Source: Felis catus (lineage: Eukaryota). Taken from it: a stretch of 64,000 nucleotides of DNA. Each line of letters starts with the position of its first letter. The stretch's first letter is position 1. Made by a program: the position numbers and the translations under genes. The notes under the pieces were generated by a model that was not told the origin of the DNA, searched no databases, and was given only the letters and a program-made list of their open reading frames with translations. Positions 11,707-25,300 of this stretch are shown piece by piece. The stretch is taken from positions 20,958,001 through 21,022,000 of the forward strand of contig NC_058369.1 of the NCBI RefSeq assembly GCF_018350175.1, given 5' to 3'.

Positions 11707-12041
11707 ATGGAGCAGCCTAACAGAGAAGGCTACAGCCCAGGAAGGACCCCTCAGAGCCCAGAGTGCAGCAGTACTCCTGCGGGCCAAGAGTGTAACCTGA
11801 AGAGGACCCAGGCAGACCTAGAGTATAACCTGGGGAAGATTCTTCTGGGACCAGATTTTGGCTCCAAGGCTCTAAGCCCTGACCCCAATACCCTGCCTTT
11901 ACCACTGCCCCCACCCACGCTCTCAGTCTTGGGGCAGCCCCGGAAGTTGCCCCTGACAGGCACTGATAAGAAGTACCCCTGATGAAGCAGCGTGGGTTCT
12001 ACTCTGACATCCTCAGCCCTGGAAGCTTGGATCAAATGGGG
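11707..12041 (+). CDS. DNAH1: DNAH1 exon 2 coding part (exon starts 11688); frameshifted at ~11976-11979
   Basis: Acceptor ctcctAG|; ATG in strong context agcATGg; MEQPNREG...TDKKYP* then [20 protein letters not shown] in another frame; donor GTGAGT; 335 nt, not a multiple of 3. Confidence 0.9.
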
Positions 12042-15000
12042 GTGAGTGTGGTAGCTGTCCCCTACCAAGCCCAAACCCTCCTTGTGGGTTCCAGTCACCC
12101 TTCCTTCCTTGCTTCCTTCCACCCATCCATCTTGCCATCAGTCCATTTGTTCATTTATCCATCTAGCCATCTGTGTCTAATAATTTGTCCATCCATCCAT
12201 CCACCCACCATCCACCCACCCATCCATCCTTCTGATCATCTGTCCATCTGTCCCTCCATCCATTTGCCCATTCATTCAACAATTCATTACTGAATATCTC
12301 TTATGTGACAGGCCCTGGACTGAGCACTGGTGACAGTGAGGACAAGACATCCATGTCCCTATTGTCATGGGACAATGACTTTGGTGGGGGAATTGTCCCC
12401 CAGCTCTGATTGGGGAGGGGGTCCTTGGACAAAGTGGCATACTATGTGTTTACTGGGTGGCTGGGAGGAGGTGTGTTCCAGGCATGGGGAACAGAAGGTA
12501 CAGAGGCTTGGGAACCCTGACAAGCTCCATGGCCTGTGTAGAGAAGGAGGAGAGAATGTGAGAGGACAGATGGAGGCTTGGGGTAGGGGGAGTATAGACA
12601 GGTGATGACCAGGGGAGAGTTCAAAGAGCCCCGTAGTCCTGGACAGCCTTAGGAAAGTTCTAACTAGGATAGGCCAAGAGGGTTAGGGCAAAGATCCATG
12701 GATCCCCACTATGCTGGGGGTGCCAGAGTCACCCTTGGTGGGGGAGACATGCACAGAGACACCTGCTGGACTTGTGGTCCCTCCATCTAGTGGCTCAGCT
12801 CCCAGACACAGCAGGAGTGTTCTTAGAGTGAGGAGGGAGCTGTGCAGGATCAGAAGGGGGTGAGGTCAGGGGTGTCCCAAGTGGCTGGAGCTTGTTGCCC
12901 ACTATGGCCTCTGAATGAGGAATTGTGGAAACTCACTGTTCTGCCCTATTCCCGTGCCCTTGGGTGTTCCCTGGTGGGCTTGGGGGCGACACTTGGCCTT
13001 GTGGTCCCTCCCAGGTCCTGCCTGTCCCCAGGATGTTTATACCCCCTTAGAGCTCTGGGATTTGGTTTTAGGAAGTATGCCGTGGTCCCTGCATGAACCA
13101 AGATCTCCTGCGGCAGGCCGACCTTGACAAGTTTACTCCAAAAGGTCAGTGCCTAGAAGGGCAGGGTGGATGAGTGGGTGCCATTTAGAAGCAAGACCTC
13201 TGGTCTTAGATTGTTTCTTCTTGGCTCAGGATCTCAGTTTCCTCAGCTATAAAATGGGGGTAACAAGATATAAGGTGCTTTGCAAGGGCCAAGCTAACGG
13301 TTAGTGCTCAGTGAACCACACCTTATGTTCCTCTTAGCTGAGCTGTGACAAGGGCACCACAGTGGGTGGGGCTGCTGAGGGCCAGGGCATCAGTTCTCTG
13401 CCCAGCTGGGGACACTAGGGTTTTCACATGTATAAATTACCTTTTCTACCTCCCCTGGAACATGAGCTTGGAGAAGGCCAGGTCTGTGTCTGAGTTTTCC
13501 CTGCTGGGACCCCAGTGTCTAGAATAGGGCCTGGCATGGGAAAGTGCCCAGAAGATCTCTGCTGAATGAGGACTCTCCTCCCAGGATCTGCGCTGAGTCC
13601 TGTAAGGACTGGGGCAGGACTGCAGAGTGTGGGGCAGTCTCCGGTGGCAGAGGGGAGAATAGGGTGGCTCCAGGAGAAGCAGCAAGGTGGGTGGGGCCCT
13701 GAGTGAGGAGTCAGGTGGGAGCCCTCCCACCTGGCTGGCAGACAGGATACCCGCTTCGATCAGGCTCAGAGGTCCCAGCTGTCTGCCTCTCCTCCCCAGC
13801 CCCAGGAGAGGCCTGGCTCCTTGCTGACACTGCCCAGATTAGTCCTCTCAGTGCCCACGGACCTCATGGGGTCTGTGAAGCCCCAGAAGTGGCTCAGGAA
13901 ATATCACACGTATGTGCATTTGTGTGGTGAGCTGAGGATCCAGTCTATTGGGCTGTACCGTCTCACAGACATCTGTGGCCCAGAAAATGCTTACAGAGTA
14001 CAGATCTAAGGGTTGTGGGGTGCTCCTACCATCCACAGTGGGGTGGGGTGGGGATGCTCGGTGGCTCTGCATCCCCATCCACATGAGGAAAAGCAAGACC
14101 AAAACACACCCTCTGGAGGCCCTTGTCCCTCCAGACTTGCCCTCCCTTGGGTGCCTGGTGCCAAATCTGGCTTCTTGTCTCCACTGCCAGCCACAGGCAA
14201 GCTCTGAGCTTCCCTTGCCCCAGGGCGCTCATACCCAGTACCTAGTGCTTTGTCTTGGGGCGTATTGGGCTCTGGCCTGAGCCCCTGACACTCCTGCCTG
14301 TGCCTCTGCCTGCAGTCAGAAGTTTTGAGATTCCTGAAGGCTTCGAGGAACATTTGGAACAGCAGCGCTTCGAGTCCACCACCCGGGTGCTCACCCAGAC
14401 TGACTTCCCACTGCAGGCCTACGAGCCCAAGGTGCAGGTGCCTTTCCTGGTGCTGCCAGGCCAGTGCCCCCGAAAGATTGAGATTGAGAGGTATGGCCAG
14501 GTTGGCAGTGGGAGGGCCCATTCCTTTGGGGGGGGCGGCATCCACCCAAGTCAAGGAGCGAGGGACAGCAGGCTACTAGGTGACCGTCTTCATGGCAGAG
14601 GTTACTAAAATGGGCCTGTGTGCAAATCTTGTAGCCCTTTGCTTTCTTTTTTGTTTTTGTTTTAAGTTTTATTTCTTTATTTTGAGAGACACACAGAGAG
14701 ACAATCCCAAGCAGGCTCCCTGCTGTCGGTGCAGAGGGCTTGAACTCGCAAACCATGAGATCATGACCTGAGCTGAAATCAAGAGTCGGATGCTTAACTG
14801 ACTGAGCCACCCAGGCGCCTCACCCTTTGGTTTCTTTATAGGAACAAACTGCTTTCCTTGCTGTAGGATTGGGGAGGATGGTATTTAGGTCAATGTAGTG
14901 GAACTACCAGACAGACACAGGGCAGCCGGGGCTCAAGACATCAGCCCCAGCTACCACACTACTTCCTGATGAATTCCAGAGGGGTGGGGGCCCCTGGAGG

Positions 15001-18000
15001 CATCCCTGGGCCACACTCCTATCCACCACGACCCTGTGGACCGTTGCTGGCATCCATGAAGCCATCTCAGATGAGCTGAGCTGTCATGAGATTCCCTTGT
15101 TCCCCCTCGGCCAGGAGGAAGCGGCTGTACCTGAGTCTGGACATCGAGCAGTTACTGGCTCATGAGGGCATCGACTCGGACAAGCTCATGCCCAGGCACC
15201 CAGACCCCCACCACCCCCAGACCATTGAGCAGGGCCATGACCCACTCTTTCCCATCTACCTCCCACTGAAGGTGAGCCTAGTTTCCATAGCAAGCTGATG
15301 GTCAGCAGTGGGGGGAAAGGTGGGTGGGAGGGGTACAGGACCCCGGCCGAGAGATCAGACCCGAAAGGGGATCTGTGGGAATCATAAGCACTCACTTGTC
15401 AAGCATAATTGGACCTTCCCGCCAGGGGTTTTGATCATCCTAGGCTGGGACAGAAGGGGCCCCAGAACCCCTGAGATGCTGACTCTGCTTTTTGCTTGGG
15501 AGCCTGGGGAACCTGTGTATGCAATCTCTGTCCCCCCAGCTCCCAACCTTGAGGCACCAGAAGCAGCCCAGTTGGACTGTGGAGTAGTATATGGAGCTCC
15601 CTGACCACTGCTCCTGGACTCACTGAGATGGGGGGAACTGAGGTGGAGGAGGGCCTCATTGTAGCTCCTTTGGGATGCCGATGGGGAAACTGGGTCCGAG
15701 GAGGAGAAAGAGGGAGCATAGCCTGCTCTAGCTTTCACTAGCCTCCCTGCCCTTCCTCTCCCTGACCCTGAGTATGTCTTGCTTGGCAGTCCCTGTGGGG
15801 AGGCAGAGCTGAATCCACATCACCCTACTAAGGGTGGCCTCCTGACTACCCTGAATCTCCTTCATTTCTGCATGTAGGTGGAATGCTCAGAAAAATCCAA
15901 GGTCCACCTCTTCCCTTGGGCCTGAGCTGGATGATCCTTGGGCAGTGGGAGAGAGAGCTCATATCCTGCTTTGAGTCCCCAAATACCCCTCTGCTTGCAT
16001 CAGGGTTGCCCAGTTGGGTGGGGATCCAGGGTTTCACAGAGCCAGACCCCACAGGCCCCTGTGAATAGTGGGGGAGACATTCAGCCCCATGGCCCTCAGT
16101 CTGTAGCTTCTGCATCTGAGGAAGACTTACTTAGGCACCCTCATCTTCTGCCACACCCAACCCATTTGGCCCCTCTAGGGGAGAGCTGCCTCCTCCTGAC
16201 CTCTGCCCATTTCTTCCAGGTATTTGACAATGAGGAGTTTGATTGCCGGACTCCCAGTGAGTGGATCAACATGGGCTTGGAGCCAGGGTCTCAGGACAGG
16301 AAACCTGTCCCTGGAAAAGCCCTCCTGCCCACTGATGACATCCTAGGTCATGGTGAGCAGGGCCGGCATGGGTGGGGGGCAGGATCCTGGTCTGTACCAT
16401 CCCTGTCTGGCAAGCAGCCCAACCATTGACTTCTGGGCTGCCCTAGGGGCTGGCAGCTGTGGGAGGGGAGGGCTCCCACCTTTTGAGGCCTCCCAGCTGG
16501 GATACAGACTAAGGGGTTGGCCATATAGAGTCAAAAAATACAAGGACCAGGGATGACATTGTGGGAGGGTTGGGGAAGGGACTGCTGGATGGTGTCTAGT
16601 GTTTAAAAAAATCTTTGATTTATTGGTAATAAAAAATATGCAAGCTTGTTGGAAATGTTCAAATGTGTACAAGGGGCACAATTCAAGCCTTCCTTCCTGC
16701 CACCTAGAAATCACCATTGCTCTAGCTTTACCTATGGCCTCTCAACTTGCACCTCTGCATGGACAACACACATTCTCATGCTTACACACCTGCTTGCAAA
16801 CACACATTCACAAGCACACTTACCATCATACTCACACACCATCCCCCACATCACACACGTTTTCACCACACATACACACCTCCCATCACCCATTCACAGC
16901 CACTATCTCTCCCCACCCCCAACACACATACCTGCACTGATGTCCCACAGATGAGCTGTATCTCTGCTTTGTCTGTCTGTCCCTCCTTTGGCCCCACATC
17001 TGCCCTCGGGCTGTGTTTGCTGCTGTAGGGAACTGAGCCAGGTTGACCTTCCTTGGCTGCCTCTGAGTGAGCATCTGAGGAAGATCTGGGTTATGAAGTT
17101 GGAGGTTGGAGTTGGCTGCCCCTCTGTGCAGGGCTGAGGGCTGCTCTGCTCCCTGCCCCATGGTGGACATGCCACTTTGGGACGGGGAGTGCCCCCCACC
17201 CCCCATGGGCTCTGCCCAGGATTGAGAGCCATGCTGGTTGGTTTTAAGACTTCTCAGCCTCCAGGGGGCCCCACAGTAAGTCCACTGAGCAGGCTGTAAG
17301 TTTATGTTTCGATTTAAAAACATGTTAATGCTGGAATCAATTTCTCTGAACTAGACAAGAAGCCCAGAATGTTCCCTTTACTTTGGACTTAATTACAAAA
17401 ATAATTTAACTCAATTGTTCCCAGATCTCCAATTCCTGGCAATAAAACCAGAAGGGGGGGGGGGCTGCATTAACCTTAAATGTACCAAGTACCAGCCTCC
17501 CGGAAGTGCTTCTGTTTGCCCTCCTTCATGTGGGCCCTGGCCTTGGGCAGTGGCACTGGTGGGAGGGGGGCTGGCAGGGAGCATTTCTGCCAGAGACCTC
17601 TGGTTTTCTGCTGGTGCCTTCTTGTGACATCATCTTCTCTAAGTTGAGCCAAGACAGGTCAGCATTTTCCAAAGAGAAGCATATAGCATCCAGCCAGCAC
17701 GTTAGCAATTCCTTGGAGTTCCAGCTGTTCTTCCTCAACCCAGGCTGTAGAACCCATCAGCTTATTTTAAGGCACTTCTGCCTTAAAAGGTGTGAGGAGG
17801 CTGACCAGAACCAGGACTGGATGCATACATAGTATGACTTCAGGCTCTGTGAGGGACACAAATGGGCTAACAAGTCAGAGGGTGCCTGGGGCAAAGGCAC
17901 TCTTTGAGGCAGGATGCTTCGTGGAGGGGAAACCGTTTGAGCAAGGAACAAACCATCAATGAGGTGACCTGAGCAAAGACTGTTCCAGTCAGAGAGCATA

Positions 18001-21000
18001 GCCAATGCAAAGTCCCTGAGGCAGGAGTAAGCTCCAAAGTCACAGTAATAGCCAGACATGCAGTATGGCTGGAGAAAGAAAAGGGTAGGTGGTGGCAGAT
18101 GAGCTGGAGAAGCAGTGCAAAGGCTTGCAGTCCAGGAAGTGAGTAGAAGGCCCATCCTGACCAACAGGCCCTGAGGCCCATTTTGGGGCCACTGCAGGGC
18201 AGCAATCTTTTACCTTGATCTGACTTAGGCCCCTGATATAAGGGGCCTAAGGGTTCAACTGCCACATGCAGCCCATGGGAAGGGGTTCACTCTGGTCTTG
18301 GTCACTTTGAAGGGGTCCAGTTCAGACATGATGAGCTTCACAACTACATCCTCACCAGGTCTCTGTGTGCCTGGGGCTTTCCTGCCTCCCGTTCTAGCTC
18401 TGCTGGCCTGTGTCTCTGTCTATCCTGATGGGGTCATGCAGAGCACAGAGACAGAGGGGTCTGGTCCTTCTGGCTCCTCCTGCCACCAGGGGTTCCCCAG
18501 AGGCCAGCTCAGCTGGAAGGAAGCAGAATCGCTGCTTTGCTGGAGCTAGAAGGGGTCATCCTGGTGGGAGGGAGGCCAGACCAGTGGCCACTGAGACTCG
18601 TTCCCAGCGCCTGCTGCCCACACAGAGTCCCCTACCCACCCTACAGCAGAGAGCACTGGTGGGTTCCCCTCCTGTTTCAGAGGACCCCAAAAGTCGGAAG
18701 CTGAAGTATGAATGGTGCGATGTCGGCGTCCTGGACTATGACAAGGAGAAGAAGCTGTACCTGGTACACAAGACAGATGAGAACGGCTTGGTGCGAGATG
18801 AGACGGGGAAGCCCATTCTGAATGGAGGGGTCACCGCTGAAGGTACAGGCTCTCTGCCCCACCCCATGCATACCCCCCACTCAGGACCATGACTGAGGCC
18901 ACCCCCCCACCCATGGCACAGCCACATCAGGCCTGAATTCTTCCTTGCCCTGTATGTCCTGTGACTGTCTGTCCCCTGGCCAGTGAAAACCAGAGGACCC
19001 ATCATTCAGAGACAGACCCCAGGAAGGGCAAATGGCCATTATTGGGTATGCCTGCCCCGAGCAGCTGACGGTACCACTTGCAACATGATGCAGAGAAGGC
19101 ATCCAAGGCCCATCAGTTAGTGATGTTTACCTTGAGTGTGGCAGCGAGGAGTGGGCACTTCAGCAGCCGCCCCTGTGTGACTGTTTGTCTGTGCACAGAT
19201 CTTTATGGTTTACAAAGCACTTTCACATCCATCCATGGCCAACTGTGAGGTGGGCAGGGAGAGGAGTGTTGTCATACCCCTTCTGCAGATGTGACAGGGT
19301 GTCAGAAGAGAGAACCCACTTGTGCAGGGCCACCATGCATCAGTAGCAGAGTCAGGCTAGAACCCAGTGTTCCAGCCTAGAGAGTCTGACTGTGTTGTGT
19401 GTTCCCTTTTCTCTCCCACCTGGCCCCAGGAAGGCACCCCCTCCTCGCCTGCCAGTACTGGGTGCCTCGGATCCAGCTTCTCTTCTGCGCTGAGGACCCA
19501 CGCGTGTTCACACAGCGTGTGGTCCAGGCCAACGCCCTGCGCAAGAACACAGAGGCTCTGCTGCTATACAATCTGTACGTGGACTGCATGCCCTCTGAGG
19601 GCCACCAGCTCATCAATGAGCAGAGCCTGAGCAAGATCAAGCAGTGGGCCATGAGCACACCCCGGATGCGCAAAGGGCCCTCGTGAGTCTCCACCAGACC
19701 CTTCGTTATGCCCACTTCCTCCAGGAGCCCAGGGGGCAATGCTCCCTCCGTGCTCACCTGTGGGCCACGTTGCCCACTGCACTGTGGACTTCTTGGCCCC
19801 AAGTCATGTCTTTTTCATCTCCAGATCTCTCATTATCAGTATCAACTCATGGATTCTTATTCAAAGGGACAGAACCTGTTACTACTATTTTTTATTTTGG
19901 TGCCCAAATTGTCCCAGATTTGGCCAGAGAGAGCCTCCTCAAGCTGATATATTCCTATCGTTCTTTGAGTGTGTCTTTAATTTGGGGCATAGCAAGAAGT
20001 GCTGGGCTCATCTTGTACTTCTCCAGACCCAGCCCTGAAATCAGCTATTTATCCAAGAACCCCTGGTTCCTTTCAGTGGGGGAGTTTAGAAACCAAGATC
20101 TGGGTGTTAGATATGCTCATTGCTACTGGGAAATCATTGCTGTGAGGCTCTTAGGCCAGACAAATCTGGGAAATATATATATTATTATACTATGTTATAC
20201 TATTATTATATTACATTGCATTAAATTGCATTAAATTGCATATTACACCCCCCCCCCCGACACACACCCATGTCTAATTCTTTCTGTCTGTTAAAAACCA
20301 TGGATTCCTAATGATACCTTCAAATTGACCCCAACACCACATGGCTCACTCTCACTTATACATATTTCTTACTTCTTTCTCCAGAAGAAAACTAGCTCCC
20401 ATTGTTCATAGTATATTTATTTGCTCAGTCCTAGAATATACAGAAAGTAATTTCAAACTGCTAATTCATACTCTTTGGAAGAAAAACCTTACTAAGTAGA
20501 CTTTGATACAGTGTTCTTTGTCTCTTTACCCTGGGGGCATTTAGTATTAATGTCGCTATATTCAAGCGACTTGGTTTAGTTCTCCACCCCCTTCAGTGGG
20601 ATATGTTTATTTGATGAAATACAATGTGGTGGTCGTCCATTTGTTTTATGTATATAATGTATATATTCTATGTATCTGTTTCTCTCACTGATATGTAGTA
20701 TTCATAAAGGTATCCTCGGATCTGTCACTCTCCACCCCCATTCATTCTATCCTAGCCACATCTTCCCCTGTCCACCCTGTCCCCACCACATGCCCATAGT
20801 TAACCAGTAGCACTAGCTTCTGGCTTATCCTTTCTGTATTTCTTCTTGTACAAATGAGCATGTATATATTTTTTTTTAATTTTTTTTAACATTTATTTAT
20901 TTTTGAGACAGAGAGAGACAGAGCATGAACGGGGGAGGGGCAGAGAGAGAGGGAGACACAGAATCGGAAGCAGGCTCCAGGCTCTGAGCCATCAGTCCAG

Positions 21001-22326
21001 AGCCCGACGCGGGGCTCGAACTCACAGACCGTGAGATAGTGACCTGAGCCGAAGTCGGACGCTTAACCGACTGAGCCACCCAGGCGCCCCCAAGCATGTA
21101 TATTTTCTTTTTTTTTTTTTTAATTTTTTTTTCAACGTTTATTTATTTTTGGGACAGAGAGACAGAGCATGAACGGGGGAGGGACAGAGAGAGAGGGAGA
21201 CACAGAATCGGAAAGAGGCTCCAGGCTCTGAGCCATCAGCCCAGAGCCCGACGCGGGGCTCGAACTCACGGACCGCAAGATCGTGACCTGGCTGAAGTCG
21301 GACGCTTAACCGACTGCGCCACCCAGGCGCCCCCATGTATATTTTCTTATACGCCATTCCTTCTTACTTGAAGGGCAGCACACTATAGATATCCTTTTGT
21401 CCTTTGCCTTTCTCACTTACATACATCCTGGACATCAATCCCTACTAGTTCACTGAGATTTCCTTCATCCCTTTTTATGGCTGCATAGTAGTCTATTGTG
21501 TGAATGTGCCCTGTACCATCATTCACTCAACCATTCTCTAATATATAGGCATTTAGGTCATTTCTGACCATTTGCGATTACAAACAGTACTGCAGTGAAA
21601 AACCCTGTGCATTTATATGTTCATATTGTCCCGGGGATAGCTTCAGGGTAAATTGCGAGAAGCAGGATCGCTAGGTCAAAAGATAAGAGCAGATGTAGTT
21701 TTTCAGCTGTTGCCAAATTTCCCTCCGCAAGCGCTGTGCCATCTCGCTTACCTGCCAGCAGTGTGTGAGCGCCATTCCCCCCACAGCCTTGCCAAGAGTC
21801 TGTTGTCTTGCTGTGTGATTTTCTGCCAGTCTGGAAGATAAGTAAGGTAAATCAGTCTGAAGTGTTATATGTGAGGCCATACGTGTTTTCCATCTTTTCA
21901 TGTGATTAAGGGCACCTTTTACATATTTTTGTGACTCGTCTATTCATGTCTTTTGCCCATTTTTTTCTCTCAGGCTTTTGGGCTTTTTCCTCCCTCTGAT
22001 TTTGAGTTCTTTCTATATTAGGGATATCCTTCATCTGTGATGTATGTTGTAAATATTTTTTCCTGGTTTGTCAGTTGTATTTTGACTTTGCTTGTGGTAA
22101 TTTTTGTAATATAACTTGTGAAATATTTAATCAATGTTGTTAATCATCTCTTCTATTACATCTGGATTTTGAGTCACAGTTAGATGGCCTTTCCCCACCG
22201 TGAGGGTTTCTTCTAGTACTTGCATGGTTTCATATCCTTGTTCCATCCTTATTTTTTAATGTTTATTTATTGATTTTTGAGAGAGAGAGAGAGAGAGAGC
22301 GAGCATGTGAACAATAGTGGGGGAGG

Positions 22327-22367
<41 letters not shown>

Positions 22368-25300
22368 TCCCAAGCAAGCTCCAAGCTTTCAGCCCAGAGC
22401 TGCTACAGAGCTCTGTCTCATGAATGTGAGATCATGACCTGAGCCAAAATCGAGAGTTGAACTCTTAGCCAACTGAGCCACCCAGGAGCCCATCCTTATG
22501 TATGGTATGTGGTAATGGATCCAATTTTATCTTTTTCTAAATGACCAGCATTTATTAAGTGGTTTATTAAACACCCATCAGCATTTATTAAAACCTCCAT
22601 CTGTGTCCCAGTGATTCGAGATGCTACCTTTTTCATACAGTAATTTTCAGATGCAGTCAGGTCTATTTTTGGACTTTCTGCTCTCTTCCACTGTCCCATT
22701 TGTCTATTTGTGCAGTGGACTGTGGTTTAATTATGGATGTTTTACAGTATTTTTTAATGCCTTGTAGGACCAGCCCCCACTTTTGTAGCTTTGCCCTTTC
22801 AGTGTTTTCTTGGCTATTCTGGCATGTTTTATTTGTTTGTTTTAACTGGTTATTTCTTAAAACTATGGCAAAATAGACATAATGTAAAAATTACCATTTT
22901 AACCATTTTTAAGTGTGCAGATCAGTGGAATTAAGTGCATTCACATTGTTGTGCAACTATCAGCACCATCCATCCACAGAACTTTGCGAAACTCTGTACT
23001 CGTTAAACAGTAACTCCCTATTCCCGTTGCCCTCCAGTCCCTGGCAACCACCGTTCTACCTTCTGTCTCTGTGAATCGTACAGGATTTGACCTTTTGTGT
23101 CTGGCTTATTTCACTGAGCACAGTGTCTTCTCGGTTCATCACGTTGTAGTGTGCGTCGGAATCTCTTTCCATTCAAAGGAAAAAAATTCCTTTTAATGTT
23201 CCATTGTATGCACGTACTGCATGTTAGGTATCCTTTCATCTGTTGATGGGCACTTGGGCTGCTTCCATCTTTTGGTTCTTGTGCATAATGCGAGTATAGG
23301 TGTACAAATCTCTCCTTGTGTCCCTACCTTCAGTTCTTGTGGGTGTATGCCCAGAAGTGGACTGGCTATCCATATGATAATTCTATTTGTTGCTGTTGTT
23401 TAGTTGTTATTTCGTAATCGTAATGTTAACTCTGCAATCTAACTAGATTTGAAGGGGGGTAAGGAAAACACGGAACCAAAGAGCTGCAGTGAGAGCACTG
23501 ATTATAGGCTATTATGAGCATATGGGAGAAGGAACAGTCTTGTAGTTAAAAGAAAGCACACGTCAAATTTATTAGGGTTGTCCACGCTTGGCAATGGTGA
23601 GCTTCTTGCCGGTCTTGCCATCCCTGGACCCAAAGCACTCCTTGGTTTCCATGGTATTTATGCCCTCTCTCACCTTGCCAAAGGTCACATTCTTGCCACC
23701 CAAACATTCAGTCTTGGTAGTGTGAATGAAAAACTGGGAACTGTTTGTGTTGGGTCCAGCAATTGCCATAGATGAGACACCAGGATCTGTGTGCTTCAGG
23801 ATGAAATTCTCATCATCAGCTTTCTCCCTCTAGATGGACTCGCTATCAGTGCTGTTATGACATGTGAAGCCACCACCCTGGCGTATAAACCCTGGAATAA
23901 TTCTGTGAAAGCAGGAACCTTTATAAGCAAATCCATTTTGCTCCAGTCCTCAGAGCACAAAAGTTTTGGGCTATATTTGGAACTTTGCAAATGGCTCAAA
24001 GGATACGTGGCCCAAGGGCTCATGGTTGATGGCAAATGTCAAAGACCATCATGGAGTTGACCGTGACGGGGTGGCACAGGGCAGCTCTTGGTGGCGTCAG
24101 CAGTATTTGCAAAGCCCTATTTTTAATTTTTGGGACACCATCATCCAGCTGCCTTAGCAGCTGCACTGTTTTATATTCTCACCAGCAGGGCACAAAAGTT
24201 CGAATTTCTTCACATCCTCACCCAACGTTTCTTTTCTTGTTGTTTTCTCTGTATAATAGTCATCCAAATGGATGTGAAGTGGTATTCCATTTTGGTTTTA
24301 ATTTGCATTTCTCTAACAATTAGTGATGTTGGCATCTTTTCATGTGTTTATTGGCCATTTGTAGATCCTTCTTTGGAGAAATGTCTATTAGCAATCTTTG
24401 CCCATATCTGAATCTAGTTGTTTGGTTTTTGTTGTTGAGTGTTATGAGTTGTCTATATATTCTGGATACCAATCCCTTATCAGATATGTGATACTTTCTC
24501 CCATTTCATGGTTTGCCTTTTTATTCTGTCGATCGTGTCCTTTATGTTACCAGGACACAAGGCTTTTCATTTTGATGAATTCTGATTCGTCTTTTTTTCT
24601 TTTGTTCCCTTTGTCATAGCCAGGAGATCATTGCCAAGCCCAGTATCATGAAGCTTTTCCCGATGTGTTCTAAGAGTTTTATAGTTTTAGCTCTTACATT
24701 AGAGTTTTGATCCATTTTGAGTTAATTTTTGTATATGGTATTACATAAAAGTCCAACTTTCTTCTTTTGCATGTGGATATCCAGTTTTCTCAGCACAATG
24801 TGTGGAAAAGACTGTTCTTTCCCCCATTAAATGGTCTTGTCACCCCTGTAAAAAATCATTTGACCCATATGTATTCCAGAAGTTATTTCAGAACTATTTA
24901 TTCTATTCCTTTGGTCTATATGTCTTTATGCCAGCAGTATACTGTTTTGATTACTGCAGCTTTACAGTAAGTTTTGAAATCAGGAAGTGTGAGTCTTCCC
25001 ACTTTGTTCTTTTTTAAGATCGTTTGGCTATTTGGGTCCCTTGAGATTCCATATGAATTTTAGGATGGATTTTTCTATTTTTGCAAAAATGTTGTTGGGA
25101 TTTTGATCGGAATTTGCATGCTTATTTTCCCATGAGCCTTGTATCAAATCCTCTAGGTCCAGTTTAGAAACACTTAGTATTTTTGATGGGGTTTCATTAT
25201 ATTCTTGAACTGTCCTATCCCAGAACAAAGAATGTTCATTCATTTGTTCAAGACTACTTTTGGGAGCACCTGGGTGGCTCAGTTGGTTGAATGTCCGACT

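Noticed and set aside
11976..11984. Programmed ribosomal frameshift as the explanation of the exon 2 break
   Set aside because: No XXXYYYZ slippery heptamer or evident stimulatory structure; orthologues are recalled as contiguous
16780..16935. His/Thr-rich ORFs
   Set aside because: CA-rich low-complexity intronic sequence
20897..21371. ORFs beginning [16 protein letters not shown] (also at 14391, 26138, 45427, 52263, 61659)
   Set aside because: Translations of Can-SINEs
23572..24064. Functional cyclophilin retrogene or TRIMCyp-like fusion
   Set aside because: Antisense to DNAH1, start codon lost, frameshifts and substitutions at conserved residues
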